Source of the DNA: Calditrichia bacterium
GTDB taxonomy: Bacteria > Calditrichota > Calditrichia > RBG-13-44-9 > J075
NCBI GenBank assembly: GCA_050633245.1
Contig: JBOEGD010000014.1
Span: 73,981 to 106,532 of the forward strand
Length of the DNA: 32,552 nucleotides
Direction: 5' to 3'
In this document: in pieces, positions 1 through 7,888 of the stretch
How the letters are laid out: every line of letters starts with the position of its first letter
Numbering within the stretch: position 1 is the stretch's first letter
Made by a program: the position numbers and the translations under genes
The notes under the pieces: model-generated
Told to the model about the DNA's origin: nothing
Databases searched by the model: none
The model's input: the letters and a program-made list of their open reading frames with translations, nothing else

Positions 1-22
1 TGGGTCAAGACCCACGTTACTT
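1..22. repeat. REP-like palindrome (truncated by window edge), copy 1
   Basis: TGGGTCAAGACCCACGTTACTT is identical over 22 bp to 30654-30675; core palindrome (CG)TGGGTC-AA-GACCCA(CG); lies just past the pfkA stop codon. Confidence 0.75.
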
Positions 23-39
23 CTCATCTGCCATTATTC

Positions 40-62
40 CTGTGATCTGTGATCTGTGTTCT
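40..62. repeat. Heptamer tandem tract CTGTGAT/CTGTGTT
   Basis: CTGTGAT CTGTGAT CTGTGTT CT; same family at 26829-26849 and 32534-32552. Confidence 0.7.
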
Positions 63-67
63 AACAC

Positions 68-1195
68 TCAGTCCCCCAGGCACGTACCAACCAATCTTGC
101 AGATCGAATCCAATCATGGTCAAGCGGAACCATTTTACGCCGACCAACAACATCCTTTAGTGGAATCAAGCAACTACCAGTCCCCTGTGCCGCAACCATC
201 ACTCCATATTCTCCATTATGAATAGCCTCAGCACATCGTGTGCCCAGCCGCGTGGCTAATAAACGATCTGCCGCAGACGGCGTTCCCCCACGCTGAACAT
301 GGCCAAGAATTGTGACACGTGATTCCAAACCGGTCAGTTTTTCCAATTCTGCGGAAAGACGAATCGTATGGCCATTGCTTAGCGCCTTCGCTTTCGCGAG
401 TTTCTCAGCTGCGGCTTTCTTTTTGTCTTTACCTTTCGCCTCTTCTTTCGCAGCACGCGCTTTTGCCATTACCTTCGCCTCATTAACGGATAACGCGCCC
501 TCAGCAACGGCGACGATGCTAAAGTTTTTACCAGCGCGACGGCGACTCTTAATTGCCTCGGCAACCTTTTTAGTGTTGTAGGGAATTTCCGGAATCAGAA
601 TAACATCCGCACCTCCTGCAATACCGGCTCCGAGCGTTAACCAGCCTGCATTGTGTCCCATAATTTCCACAACAATTATCCGGTGATGACTATGTGCCGT
701 GCTGTGTAACCGATCGACCGCTTCGGTAGCTATACCCAGTGCAGTATCAAAACCAAACGTCACGTCTGTGGCTGACACGTCATTGTCAATCGTTTTCGGT
801 AACGTAATTACATTCAGCCCTTTGTTGAGCAGCCGATAGGCATTTTTCAACGTACCGCCTCCTCCCAGGCAAACCAATACATCCAGATGATGTTTATGAT
901 ATACCTCTACAATGGCGTCAGTCATGTCCATAACCTCTCCGCCAACCGGCATACGATGTGGCTTATCGCGACTTGTTCCGAGAATGGTGCCTCCAACGGT
1001 GAGGATGCCTGAAAGCTGCGCTTTGGCTAAGCGCATGGTACGATTTTCCATGAGTCCACGAAAACCATCACGAAAACCAATAACCTCCATGTCAAATTCG
1101 CTGCGTCCCGCTTTGCCAATTGCTCGGATTGCTGCATTTAAGCCCGGCGTATCTCCACCGGATGTCAGTATACCTACGTATTTTTCCTGTGCCAT
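68..1195 (-). CDS. pfkA: 6-phosphofructokinase (group III-like, probably ATP-dependent)
   Basis: [40 protein letters not shown] motifs; start placed at ATG 1195 (MAQEK), preceded by AGGGG SD. Confidence 0.93.
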   Translation of the reverse strand: MAQEKYVGILTSGGDTPGLNAAIRAIGKAGRSEFDMEVIGFRDGFRGLMENRTMRLAKAQLSGILTVGGTILGTSRDKPHRMPVGGEVMDMTDAIVEVYHKHHLDVLVCLGGGGTLKNAYRLLNKGLNVITLPKTIDNDVSATDVTFGFDTALGIATEAVDRLHSTAHSHHRIIVVEIMGHNAGWLTLGAGIAGGADVILIPEIPYNTKKVAEAIKSRRRAGKNFSIVAVAEGALSVNEAKVMAKARAAKEEAKGKDKKKAAAEKLAKAKALSNGHTIRLSAELEKLTGLESRVTILGHVQRGGTPSAADRLLATRLGTRCAEAIHNGEYGVMVAAQGTGSCLIPLKDVVGRRKMVPLDHDWIRSARLVGTCLGD

Positions 1196-1221
1196 ATTAA
1201 CCCCTGCGTATATCATGTATA

Positions 1222-1253
1222 CGATCGTTCCAGTATCTTTACCAGAACGATCG
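1222..1253 (-). other. Hairpin in the pfkA leader / DUF819-pfkA spacer
   Basis: CGATCGTTC...GAACGATCG arms; on the minus-strand RNA it forms a continuous 14-bp stem with two G-U wobbles and an AAGA loop; no U-tract follows. Confidence 0.5.
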
Positions 1254-1322
1254 AAGTATTTAATTCAATTAGTGATATAATATTCGGCAGGTTGCAAGAG
1301 ATTGTTATTCCAGCCAGCTAGT

Positions 1323-2615
1323 TTATCCACCAGCCATGGCTTGCAAGATGAGACCGCACATCCAGGCAGCATACGTGCCCAGTGCATACCCAAGTACGGC
1401 CAACAATACGCCGACAGGTGCCAATGCCGGGTGAAACTCAGCAGCAACAATCGGAGCAGATGCAGCGCCTCCAACATTTGCCTGGCTTCCTACAGCCAGA
1501 AAGAAGAATGGCGCTTTAATTAACTTGGCGACCAAAATTAACAAGCCGGCATGAAACGCCATCCAAATTCCACCGAGTGCAAATAAAGCGGGGCTTTTAT
1601 ACACAGCCGTAATGTCCATTTTCATTCCAATGCTGGCGACCAGCACATAAAGGAAAAGACTTCCCATTCGCGATGCTCCAACGCCTTCCAGCTCGCGCGC
1701 TTTGGTAAACGATAGAATCAGCCCACCGGTTGTTGCGATAACAATCAGCCAGAAAAATGACGAAGTGAGACTCATCCTCTGAATAATTGGAAAGTCGGCC
1801 TGCAGGCTTTGCATCCACGGTACAATAAGCTCAGATCCCCAATGTCCGATAGCCGTTATCCCAAATCCCACCGCCGCAACTGTTGTCATATCGGTTAGCG
1901 AAGGGATTTTTGCAATACTTGCGCGATAGTCTTCAATTTTGCGACGCACTTCTTCAATCGAAGACACATCTCCGCCTAGCCATTTGTCGATACGGTCGCG
2001 CATACCCACACCGTAAAGCAGAATAGCCATCCAGAAATTCCCAACTAAAATATCAACGGCAACCATTTTGGAGAAAAGCTCATCATTAACCTGAAACACT
2101 TCTTTCATCGCGGTTTGGTTAGCACCTCCACCAATCCAGCTTCCGGCAACAGTGGTCATTCCACGCCAGATTGCATCCGGCCCGTTGCCACCATTGGCCT
2201 GGATAGCCGCCATCGTTGCAGCATCCATTCCCACTACCTCTGGTGCAATTTGTGCCATCACGAAGAATGCCAGCGGTCCGCCAACCAGAATCCCTACGGT
2301 TCCGGTAAGGAACATGATAACCGCCTTCGGCCCAAGGTTAACAATTGCCTTCAAGTCTATACTTAATGTCAGCAGCACCAAACATGCAGGTAAGAGATAG
2401 CGACTGGAAACATAGTATAGATTCGATTCATCACCGGAAATTAGCCCGAGAGAATTAAAAACGGATGGAATAAAATAGCAGAGCAAGAGCGATGGAACGT
2501 AGCGGTAAAACGTTTTCCATTTGGGGTTATCGCTATGTGAAGTGCGGAAAACGAAGGCCAGAATGGCAAACAAAATTCCCAACACAATGGCATCATTTGT
2601 GAACAATGGCTGCAT
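1323..2615 (-). CDS. DUF819-family multi-pass membrane protein (putative transporter)
   Basis: About 11 hydrophobic segments; family motifs GSWIGGGAN and GSQANVGGAASAPIVA; AAGGA SD. Confidence 0.85.
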   Translation of the reverse strand: MQPLFTNDAIVLGILFAILAFVFRTSHSDNPKWKTFYRYVPSLLLCYFIPSVFNSLGLISGDESNLYYVSSRYLLPACLVLLTLSIDLKAIVNLGPKAVIMFLTGTVGILVGGPLAFFVMAQIAPEVVGMDAATMAAIQANGGNGPDAIWRGMTTVAGSWIGGGANQTAMKEVFQVNDELFSKMVAVDILVGNFWMAILLYGVGMRDRIDKWLGGDVSSIEEVRRKIEDYRASIAKIPSLTDMTTVAAVGFGITAIGHWGSELIVPWMQSLQADFPIIQRMSLTSSFFWLIVIATTGGLILSFTKARELEGVGASRMGSLFLYVLVASIGMKMDITAVYKSPALFALGGIWMAFHAGLLILVAKLIKAPFFFLAVGSQANVGGAASAPIVAAEFHPALAPVGVLLAVLGYALGTYAAWMCGLILQAMAGG

Positions 2616-2632
2616 GGTGATTCCTTATGTTT

Positions 2633-2675
2633 GATAAGAAAAGGGCGACTTTAACAGAATTGTTAAAGTCGCCCT
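2633..2675 (-). terminator. Intrinsic terminator after the TetR-ABC1 kinase genes
   Basis: Perfect 15-bp inverted repeat AGGGCGACTTTAACA-N4-TGTTAAAGTCGCCCT (2642-2675), followed by a U-rich tract on the minus strand. Confidence 0.85.
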
Positions 2676-2718
2676 ACAGAATACGGTGGATGGAGAAATC
2701 TCGCAAGGCAAAAGTTGC

Positions 2719-4041
2719 CTAGGTAGTTACATGACGATCAATTGCCTCTTCCATTACCCTAAAGCTATAGCGCATATCAATAACCGGCTTCAATTTCATC
2801 AACAGTGTATACATACCCACCACCACTTTATTCAGAAAGATAAAGTGTTTAGAACCGCGCACTTCTTTAAAGGTAGATGCCTTTTTGAACTGCTCATTTA
2901 AATCTGCCTTAAACTGCTGATCGCCAAAGTCGAAGGAATCTCCCTGATAGGGACGCAGAATAATTCCACCAAAATCCTTTGAGAACTGGAAGAAGATTTC
3001 ATGCTCTTCCGTTCCAGCTTCGGACGGATGCAAAATTTCGGTTCCATAATAAAGCTCCAAAATTCGCTTTTCGTCACCTGAAAGATGCGCAGGAATCATC
3101 TGAATAAACAGCTGTAGGAATTCCGGCGGAAACGTTTTTACACAACCAAAGTCAACAATTCCAAGGTTGCCATCCGGTTGGAAGATGAAGTTGCCGGGAT
3201 GAATATCCGCGTGAATTGTATACTGCTCGTTGGCGATCTGACGATGATACCAGTCCCACATCAGCTGCCCAAAATGGTTCTTCTGTTCCTGCGTGGGACT
3301 AGATTCGAGAAACTTGTCGAGGTGAACACCTTCCAAAAATGTCATGGTCAACACTCGCTCACTCGTGAGTTCCTCAACCGGCTCGGGAGTCACAATTCGC
3401 TCATCGGTATACAAGCCTGAGAAAAACTCCATCTGTTTCTTTTCAAGCATATAATCGGTTTCTTCAAGCAGCTTATCGTACACCTCGTCAAAATACATAT
3501 CGATGTTTTGCGACGAAACCAGTCGTCTGAAAATAGTTTTCGCGATGCCTAAATCAGATTTTATGGTATTGCGAATATCGGGGTACTGAATCTTTACCGC
3601 GACTTTTCGACCATCGTTGAGAATCGCTTCATGAACCTGCCCAATCGATGCTGCGGCAATCGCGTCAAGATTGAACTTTTTAAACAACTGCTCAGGATAG
3701 CTACCCAACTCGCGCTTGATACTGGTTCGCACGAGGGCTTTATTCATTGGCGGAACGCGATACTGCGCATTGCTCATCATATCGACAAACTCATCCGGCA
3801 AAAAGCCGGTATCCATGCTCAGCCCCTGAGCCAGCTTTAAGGCAGTGCCTCGTAGCTTGGTGAGCTCCTGATACACATCATTGGCATTGGCTGCATCCAG
3901 CTTCTGCTTTACTTCCGATTTTTTCTTCCCCGAAAGGGTGCGTTCGGCATAATATTTAGCATAATTGCTGCCAACCTTCAGTCCGGTTTTGGCAATAATT
4001 TTACCGCGCTGTAGCTTGGATGAAGGAAAGTCATCGCTCAT
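2719..4041 (-). CDS. ABC1/AarF/UbiB-family atypical kinase
   Basis: KLAQ (KxGQ variant), AAASIGQVH, VAVKIQYP, HADIHPGN, DFG motifs; ATGA overlap with the upstream TetR gene. Confidence 0.92.
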   Translation of the reverse strand: MSDDFPSSKLQRGKIIAKTGLKVGSNYAKYYAERTLSGKKKSEVKQKLDAANANDVYQELTKLRGTALKLAQGLSMDTGFLPDEFVDMMSNAQYRVPPMNKALVRTSIKRELGSYPEQLFKKFNLDAIAAASIGQVHEAILNDGRKVAVKIQYPDIRNTIKSDLGIAKTIFRRLVSSQNIDMYFDEVYDKLLEETDYMLEKKQMEFFSGLYTDERIVTPEPVEELTSERVLTMTFLEGVHLDKFLESSPTQEQKNHFGQLMWDWYHRQIANEQYTIHADIHPGNFIFQPDGNLGIVDFGCVKTFPPEFLQLFIQMIPAHLSGDEKRILELYYGTEILHPSEAGTEEHEIFFQFSKDFGGIILRPYQGDSFDFGDQQFKADLNEQFKKASTFKEVRGSKHFIFLNKVVVGMYTLLMKLKPVIDMRYSFRVMEEAIDRHVTT

Positions 4042-4730
4042 GATCGTCCTCCTACAAAAAATGATAACAGTCTTGATATAAGAGGAATATCGAACTTAAG
4101 CAGATCGTTGTTGACAAAAAACTTGAAGAGGTCTACGCCCTTGTCAATCAATCCGGACTCGACCAGTTCGGCAAGAAAAGAAACCAGTTTATCCGATAAG
4201 GCAACGGTACTTGAGAAATTTTCACTGGTGTCACGCAGCCAGAACTTTAGAAGGTGAGTATATTCTTTGGCAAGAAAATCGTAGGTATCCTGCTTTAGCA
4301 CAATCATACTCTGCAATCCGGATGCGGCATGGCTGGTTTCGAGGAAGTCGCGAAACACCTTGGCCACCTCTATTACAAAGGCCGACTTCTTGCCACGCTG
4401 GAAAACCATCTCATCGAAGGTCTCGTCAACAAACTCGCGCTGTTCCTGCAAGATATCGAACATGGAGTAGATGAATGTTGAGAGCTTCTCTTCCAGTGAA
4501 AACTCGCCAAAGCCATCAATCTCCGCAATCATCTCGCGAAAGCGTAGCACGGTGGAAGGATAATATTCCGGCAGGATATGAGACCGCGCATTAAACTCTG
4601 CGTAGACATCCTCTTCTTTCAGACGTGCCTTGGCAGCAATATTTTTGATAGTATACTTTTTATCTCCGCTAACATGCAGATCAATTGCCGCATCGATAAT
4701 TTTTTGTTTTGGGTTGGGTTTATCTGACAT
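4038..4730 (-). CDS. TetR/AcrR-family transcriptional regulator
   Basis: N-terminal HTH (IIDAAIDL...TIKNIAAKARLKEEDVYAEF); helical C-domain ending in a DLFKF motif; translationally coupled to the ABC1 kinase. Confidence 0.75.
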   Translation of the reverse strand: MSDKPNPKQKIIDAAIDLHVSGDKKYTIKNIAAKARLKEEDVYAEFNARSHILPEYYPSTVLRFREMIAEIDGFGEFSLEEKLSTFIYSMFDILQEQREFVDETFDEMVFQRGKKSAFVIEVAKVFRDFLETSHAASGLQSMIVLKQDTYDFLAKEYTHLLKFWLRDTSENFSSTVALSDKLVSFLAELVESGLIDKGVDLFKFFVNNDLLKFDIPLISRLLSFFVGGRS

Positions 4731-4806
4731 CAGCTCTCCCGAGTTAGTGAAATTTTTCTCGAACCAATATTCGACGTTTTTCAGTCCGAGTCAAGGGGAA
4801 AATCCA

Positions 4807-4845
4807 GAATGATGGTAATGAATGACGAATGATGAATTATGATTT
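4807..4845. repeat. Heptamer tandem tract GAATGAY
   Basis: GAATGAT (4807), then GAATGAC GAATGAT GAATTAT (4820-4840); same family at 31595-31660. Confidence 0.7.
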
Positions 4846-4864
4846 TACTCTTGCGTTTTGCGTC

Positions 4865-5401
4865 TTACTTCCCCATCATCTTCGCGTTGAACGCATCAGA
4901 TTGTCCACGCGCAATACTGAGCGTCTTCCACTTCTCACCAGCATGCCAGCGAGCAACAAACACAATCTGACCAATATGATAAGCATAATGCGCCAGCTGC
5001 CTTAGTAAGGCGTCAACTACACTGTGTGCTTCCCTGCGAATAGTGATGGTAGCGGCAAGGTCTTCCGGCGACAGCTTCTCGATTTCCGTTAAACAAACTG
5101 CCCAGGCAGATTCCCAATAAGCCATAAGCTCTTCTCGGCTGTTCTCAGAAGAAATAATAAACTCATTGTCCCGATGGCGATCGGGCTTTTCTCCATCCGT
5201 GGTCATAAAATCAGTCCAACGAGAAATCATGTTTCCAGCCATGTGTTTTACAATAACAGCCAGGCAATTTCCGCCGGAATGTATGTCGGCAAAAAACTGC
5301 TCGTCTGATACCTGAGCAAGAGCTTTTTCCGCCATTACTTTATACGATTTGTAGCGAGAGAGTGTTGATTGATGAAAGGCTTTACTTATAGAATTTGCCA
5401 T
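4865..5401 (-). CDS. DUF1572 / DinB-superfamily protein
   Basis: IVKHMAGNMISRWTDF, DGEKPDRHRDNEF, HYAYHIGQIV motifs (DinB His triad). Confidence 0.88.
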   Translation of the reverse strand: MANSISKAFHQSTLSRYKSYKVMAEKALAQVSDEQFFADIHSGGNCLAVIVKHMAGNMISRWTDFMTTDGEKPDRHRDNEFIISSENSREELMAYWESAWAVCLTEIEKLSPEDLAATITIRREAHSVVDALLRQLAHYAYHIGQIVFVARWHAGEKWKTLSIARGQSDAFNAKMMGK

Positions 5402-5402
5402 A

Positions 5403-6050
5403 TTATCCCTCCTCTTGGTAGCGTTTAAAGCCAGGGCTTAAATAAAATGTCCACAGTATATGAGCAGCGACGCTGCGAAAGGGCCGCCAGGGCTCTCCAT
5501 ATTCCATCATTGCATCCTGCCCGGGTCGCTTCTCCAATTTCTTTAATTTTTGCATTGCAACAACCAGCGCCAAATCGCCAACCGGCCAAATATCCGGGCG
5601 GCCCAGCGCCATCATTAGATACACATCGGTTGTCCAGCGACCGATGCCTTTTAGCTTAACCAGCTCGTTATGCACATCCTCATCAGGTAGATGAGCAAGA
5701 TTTTCCAGAACCAATTCTCGGCTGACAAGTGCCTGTGCCAATCCGCGCCCATAGGCTGTTTTTTGCCTGCTGAATCCAAGGTCTCGCAGCTTTTCATCCG
5801 TTAGCGGAAGAAATGTTTCAGGCGTAAGCTCGACTACATGCGCGCCCAGCTTATCGAATGTAGCTTGTGCAGAGGCCAGCGAAACCTGCTGTTCCAGAAT
5901 AATGTGCATAAGTGATGGAAAATTGGCTTCGCGCTGCACCATTTTGGGGTATCCGCAGCGTTTAACAAGCATGTCGAACATTGGGTCGATATTGCGAAGT
6001 GTATCAACGGCCTCGCGAAAGGTTGTGGAATTCAAAGCAAGTGAGGACAT
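5403..6050 (-). CDS. DNA-3-methyladenine glycosylase (AlkA-like, HhH-GPD)
   Basis: ILEQQVSLASA, HhH motif LKGIGRWT, PVGD, WRPFRS; start placed at ATG 6050 because GTG 6077 lies inside a terminator stem. Confidence 0.88.
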   Translation of the reverse strand: MSSLALNSTTFREAVDTLRNIDPMFDMLVKRCGYPKMVQREANFPSLMHIILEQQVSLASAQATFDKLGAHVVELTPETFLPLTDEKLRDLGFSRQKTAYGRGLAQALVSRELVLENLAHLPDEDVHNELVKLKGIGRWTTDVYLMMALGRPDIWPVGDLALVVAMQKLKKLEKRPGQDAMMEYGEPWRPFRSVAAHILWTFYLSPGFKRYQEEG

Positions 6051-6062
6051 CTTTTTCTTTCT

Positions 6063-6100
6063 AAATAAAAAACGCACCGCTGCATTGCAGCGGTGCGTTT
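6063..6100 (-). terminator. Intrinsic terminator after the TPR gene
   Basis: Perfect inverted repeat AAACGCACCGCTGCA-T-TGCAGCGGTGCGTTT (6070-6100), with a U-tract on the minus strand. Confidence 0.85.
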
Positions 6101-6132
6101 AGATTAAACAATTAATGTCTAAATCGAGCTGC

Positions 6133-6894
6133 TTAGCTAACCTTCTTCAGCATTTCCTTAGCCGTCTTCTTATGTTTTGCATCATTAGCTTCAGTTTCCG
6201 GCAGCGACAGTGCTTTTTCAAATTGGGTCTTTGCATCTGCTTTGCGATCCAGCTCCATGTACGTCAAACCAAGCTCAACATAATGGTTAATGTAGGTGGC
6301 ATTAAGCTCAGCTGCCTTTTCAAAACACTCAGCAGATTTTTCAACGGATGCTTCTTTCGGCACGCCACCGAGGAACATACCGGCAAAACGCTTTTCGATC
6401 CAGCTTAAGGTTGCCAGCTTGCGATGCCAACGTCCCAGAACGTGCCAGGCAATATCATCGGTTCCATCAAGTTCAAGCGAACGATCGACGTTCTTCTTAA
6501 TTTCCTTGGATAGGCGAACGCGCTCTTTCGCTCCGACATTGAGTGCCACACGTCCCACCGCGATGCTCATGGACAGAAATCCTTTTGCGCCTTCGGGGTT
6601 TATCTGAGTGGCTTTTTCGGCGTATTCCATGCCTTTTTTATAGTGTGCAACGCGCTCATCCTTATCACTTAGGGTTTCGCCCATATCGACATAGGCTCTG
6701 GACAGCTTCCAGGCGGCTTCATAGTTTGATGCATCGGCAGCTAAAACGGCCTCGTAACCTTTTAATGCTGCCGCATCATCATCTGCCTCATAGCTGGCAT
6801 TTGCCTGCTCTAAAAGTGCAGCGGCATCCTGTGCGTGAATGTTTATTGCGAATGTACAACAAGTCGCCAGCGCGATTAATATTATCTTTTTCAT
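6133..6894 (-). CDS. Secreted TPR protein (RMDN-like TPR fold)
   Basis: Signal peptide MKKIILIALATCCTFAINIHA-Q; TPR-like helices (YEAAWKLSRAY, AWHVLGRWH, YVELGLTYMEL). Confidence 0.78.
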   Translation of the reverse strand: MKKIILIALATCCTFAINIHAQDAAALLEQANASYEADDDAAALKGYEAVLAADASNYEAAWKLSRAYVDMGETLSDKDERVAHYKKGMEYAEKATQINPEGAKGFLSMSIAVGRVALNVGAKERVRLSKEIKKNVDRSLELDGTDDIAWHVLGRWHRKLATLSWIEKRFAGMFLGGVPKEASVEKSAECFEKAAELNATYINHYVELGLTYMELDRKADAKTQFEKALSLPETEANDAKHKKTAKEMLKKVS

Positions 6895-7082
6895 GGTAAA
6901 ACCTTTCTGTCTGATTAATAAGAGACTTTCAAATACTACAGTCTATAGAGCATTTTTGCAACTGAATAATTTTGCTGAAAGTTTCCAGAAATACTCACTA
7001 ATTGAGACAGGGTTGGTACTGCGAAGTCACTGGGGTGTCGATAGAAAGGTAATCGCTTTGGATGGGTGACTTTATTCTGGCG

Positions 7083-7109
7083 CTATAAATATTTCGCCCC
7101 GTTGGGGCT
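7083..7109. repeat. Solitary REP-like element CTATAAATATTTCGCCCC-GTT-GGGGCT
   Basis: Short GC-rich hairpin GCCCC-GTT-GGGGC preceded by an AT-rich foot, within a long intergenic region; only one copy in this window. Confidence 0.4.
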
Positions 7110-7263
7110 AATAGAAATTTTTTCACGATGCGTTTTATCAACGTCGACTGGCATCAATCCCAACTTATCCATCTTCTTCAACGCATTGTCTTAACTGTTT
7201 AATCGCTTTGCAATCCTGCCGTGCGATATTAGATTCTTTTTCAATGCAACAAAGTGAGGGTAG

Positions 7264-7884
7264 ATGGGAACATTTATAGAAGCGGTTGAGAACTACATCG
7301 TTGAGCGCAAAAAAGAATTTGATCAGATTTCACTCGAACGAAAGGCAGAGCTGGAAGAGCTCTCTAATTATATCAAGCGCGGCGCGAGCAAAGGACATCT
7401 CGTTGAGCTGAATTTTATCTGTACGCATAATTCCAGACGCAGCCATCTTTCGCAAATCTGGGCACAAGCGGCGGCAGCGCACTATGGCGTAGCCAATGTT
7501 CACTGCTATTCCGGCGGAACCGAAGCCACAGCATTTAACCCACGTGCCGTTAAAGCCATTGCCGATGTTGGGTTCCTGGTCGAAAAAAAAGGCAGTGAGG
7601 ATAATCCACACTACCTGATTTCTTTTTCAACCGATTTTGAACCGCTAATATGCTTTTCCAAAACTTATGATGATCTGTTTAATCCGCAGGAAAACTTTTG
7701 CGCGATTCTCACCTGCTCCAGTGCCGATGCCGCCTGTCCTATTGTTGCAGGTGCCTCCGAGCGCATTGCCATCCGCTATATCGATCCAAAAATTTCTGAC
7801 GGAACGCCGGAAGAAACCGCGACATATGCTGAGCGTTGTCGGCAAATTGCCCGCGAAATGCTGTTTGCCTTTTCGCAGGTCTAG
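7264..7884 (+). CDS. LMW-PTP-fold protein; probable thioredoxin-type arsenate reductase (ArsC-like)
   Basis: P-loop CTHNSRRS (CX5R), SGGTE, TCSSADAACP (two resolving-type Cys), DP motif; GAGGG SD. Confidence 0.82.
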   Translation: MGTFIEAVENYIVERKKEFDQISLERKAELEELSNYIKRGASKGHLVELNFICTHNSRRSHLSQIWAQAAAAHYGVANVHCYSGGTEATAFNPRAVKAIADVGFLVEKKGSEDNPHYLISFSTDFEPLICFSKTYDDLFNPQENFCAILTCSSADAACPIVAGASERIAIRYIDPKISDGTPEETATYAERCRQIAREMLFAFSQV

Positions 7885-7888
7885 CAAA

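Noticed and set aside
1272-1297. Similarity of TTGCAA(T)CCTGCCG upstream of pfkA and of the arsC-like gene (7208-7221)
   Set aside because: It needs a gap, has only two instances, and no functional link is apparent; likely chance or generic -35 sequence.
2616-2632. CsrA target sites in local 5' UTRs (e.g. ACATAAGGAAT before the DUF819 gene)
   Set aside because: Single GGA motifs coinciding with ordinary SD sequences cannot be told apart from background.
4759-4794. TCGAA-N6-TTCGA as a TetR operator beside a TTGACT element
   Set aside because: Only 5-bp arms and a poor -10 match; too weak to call.
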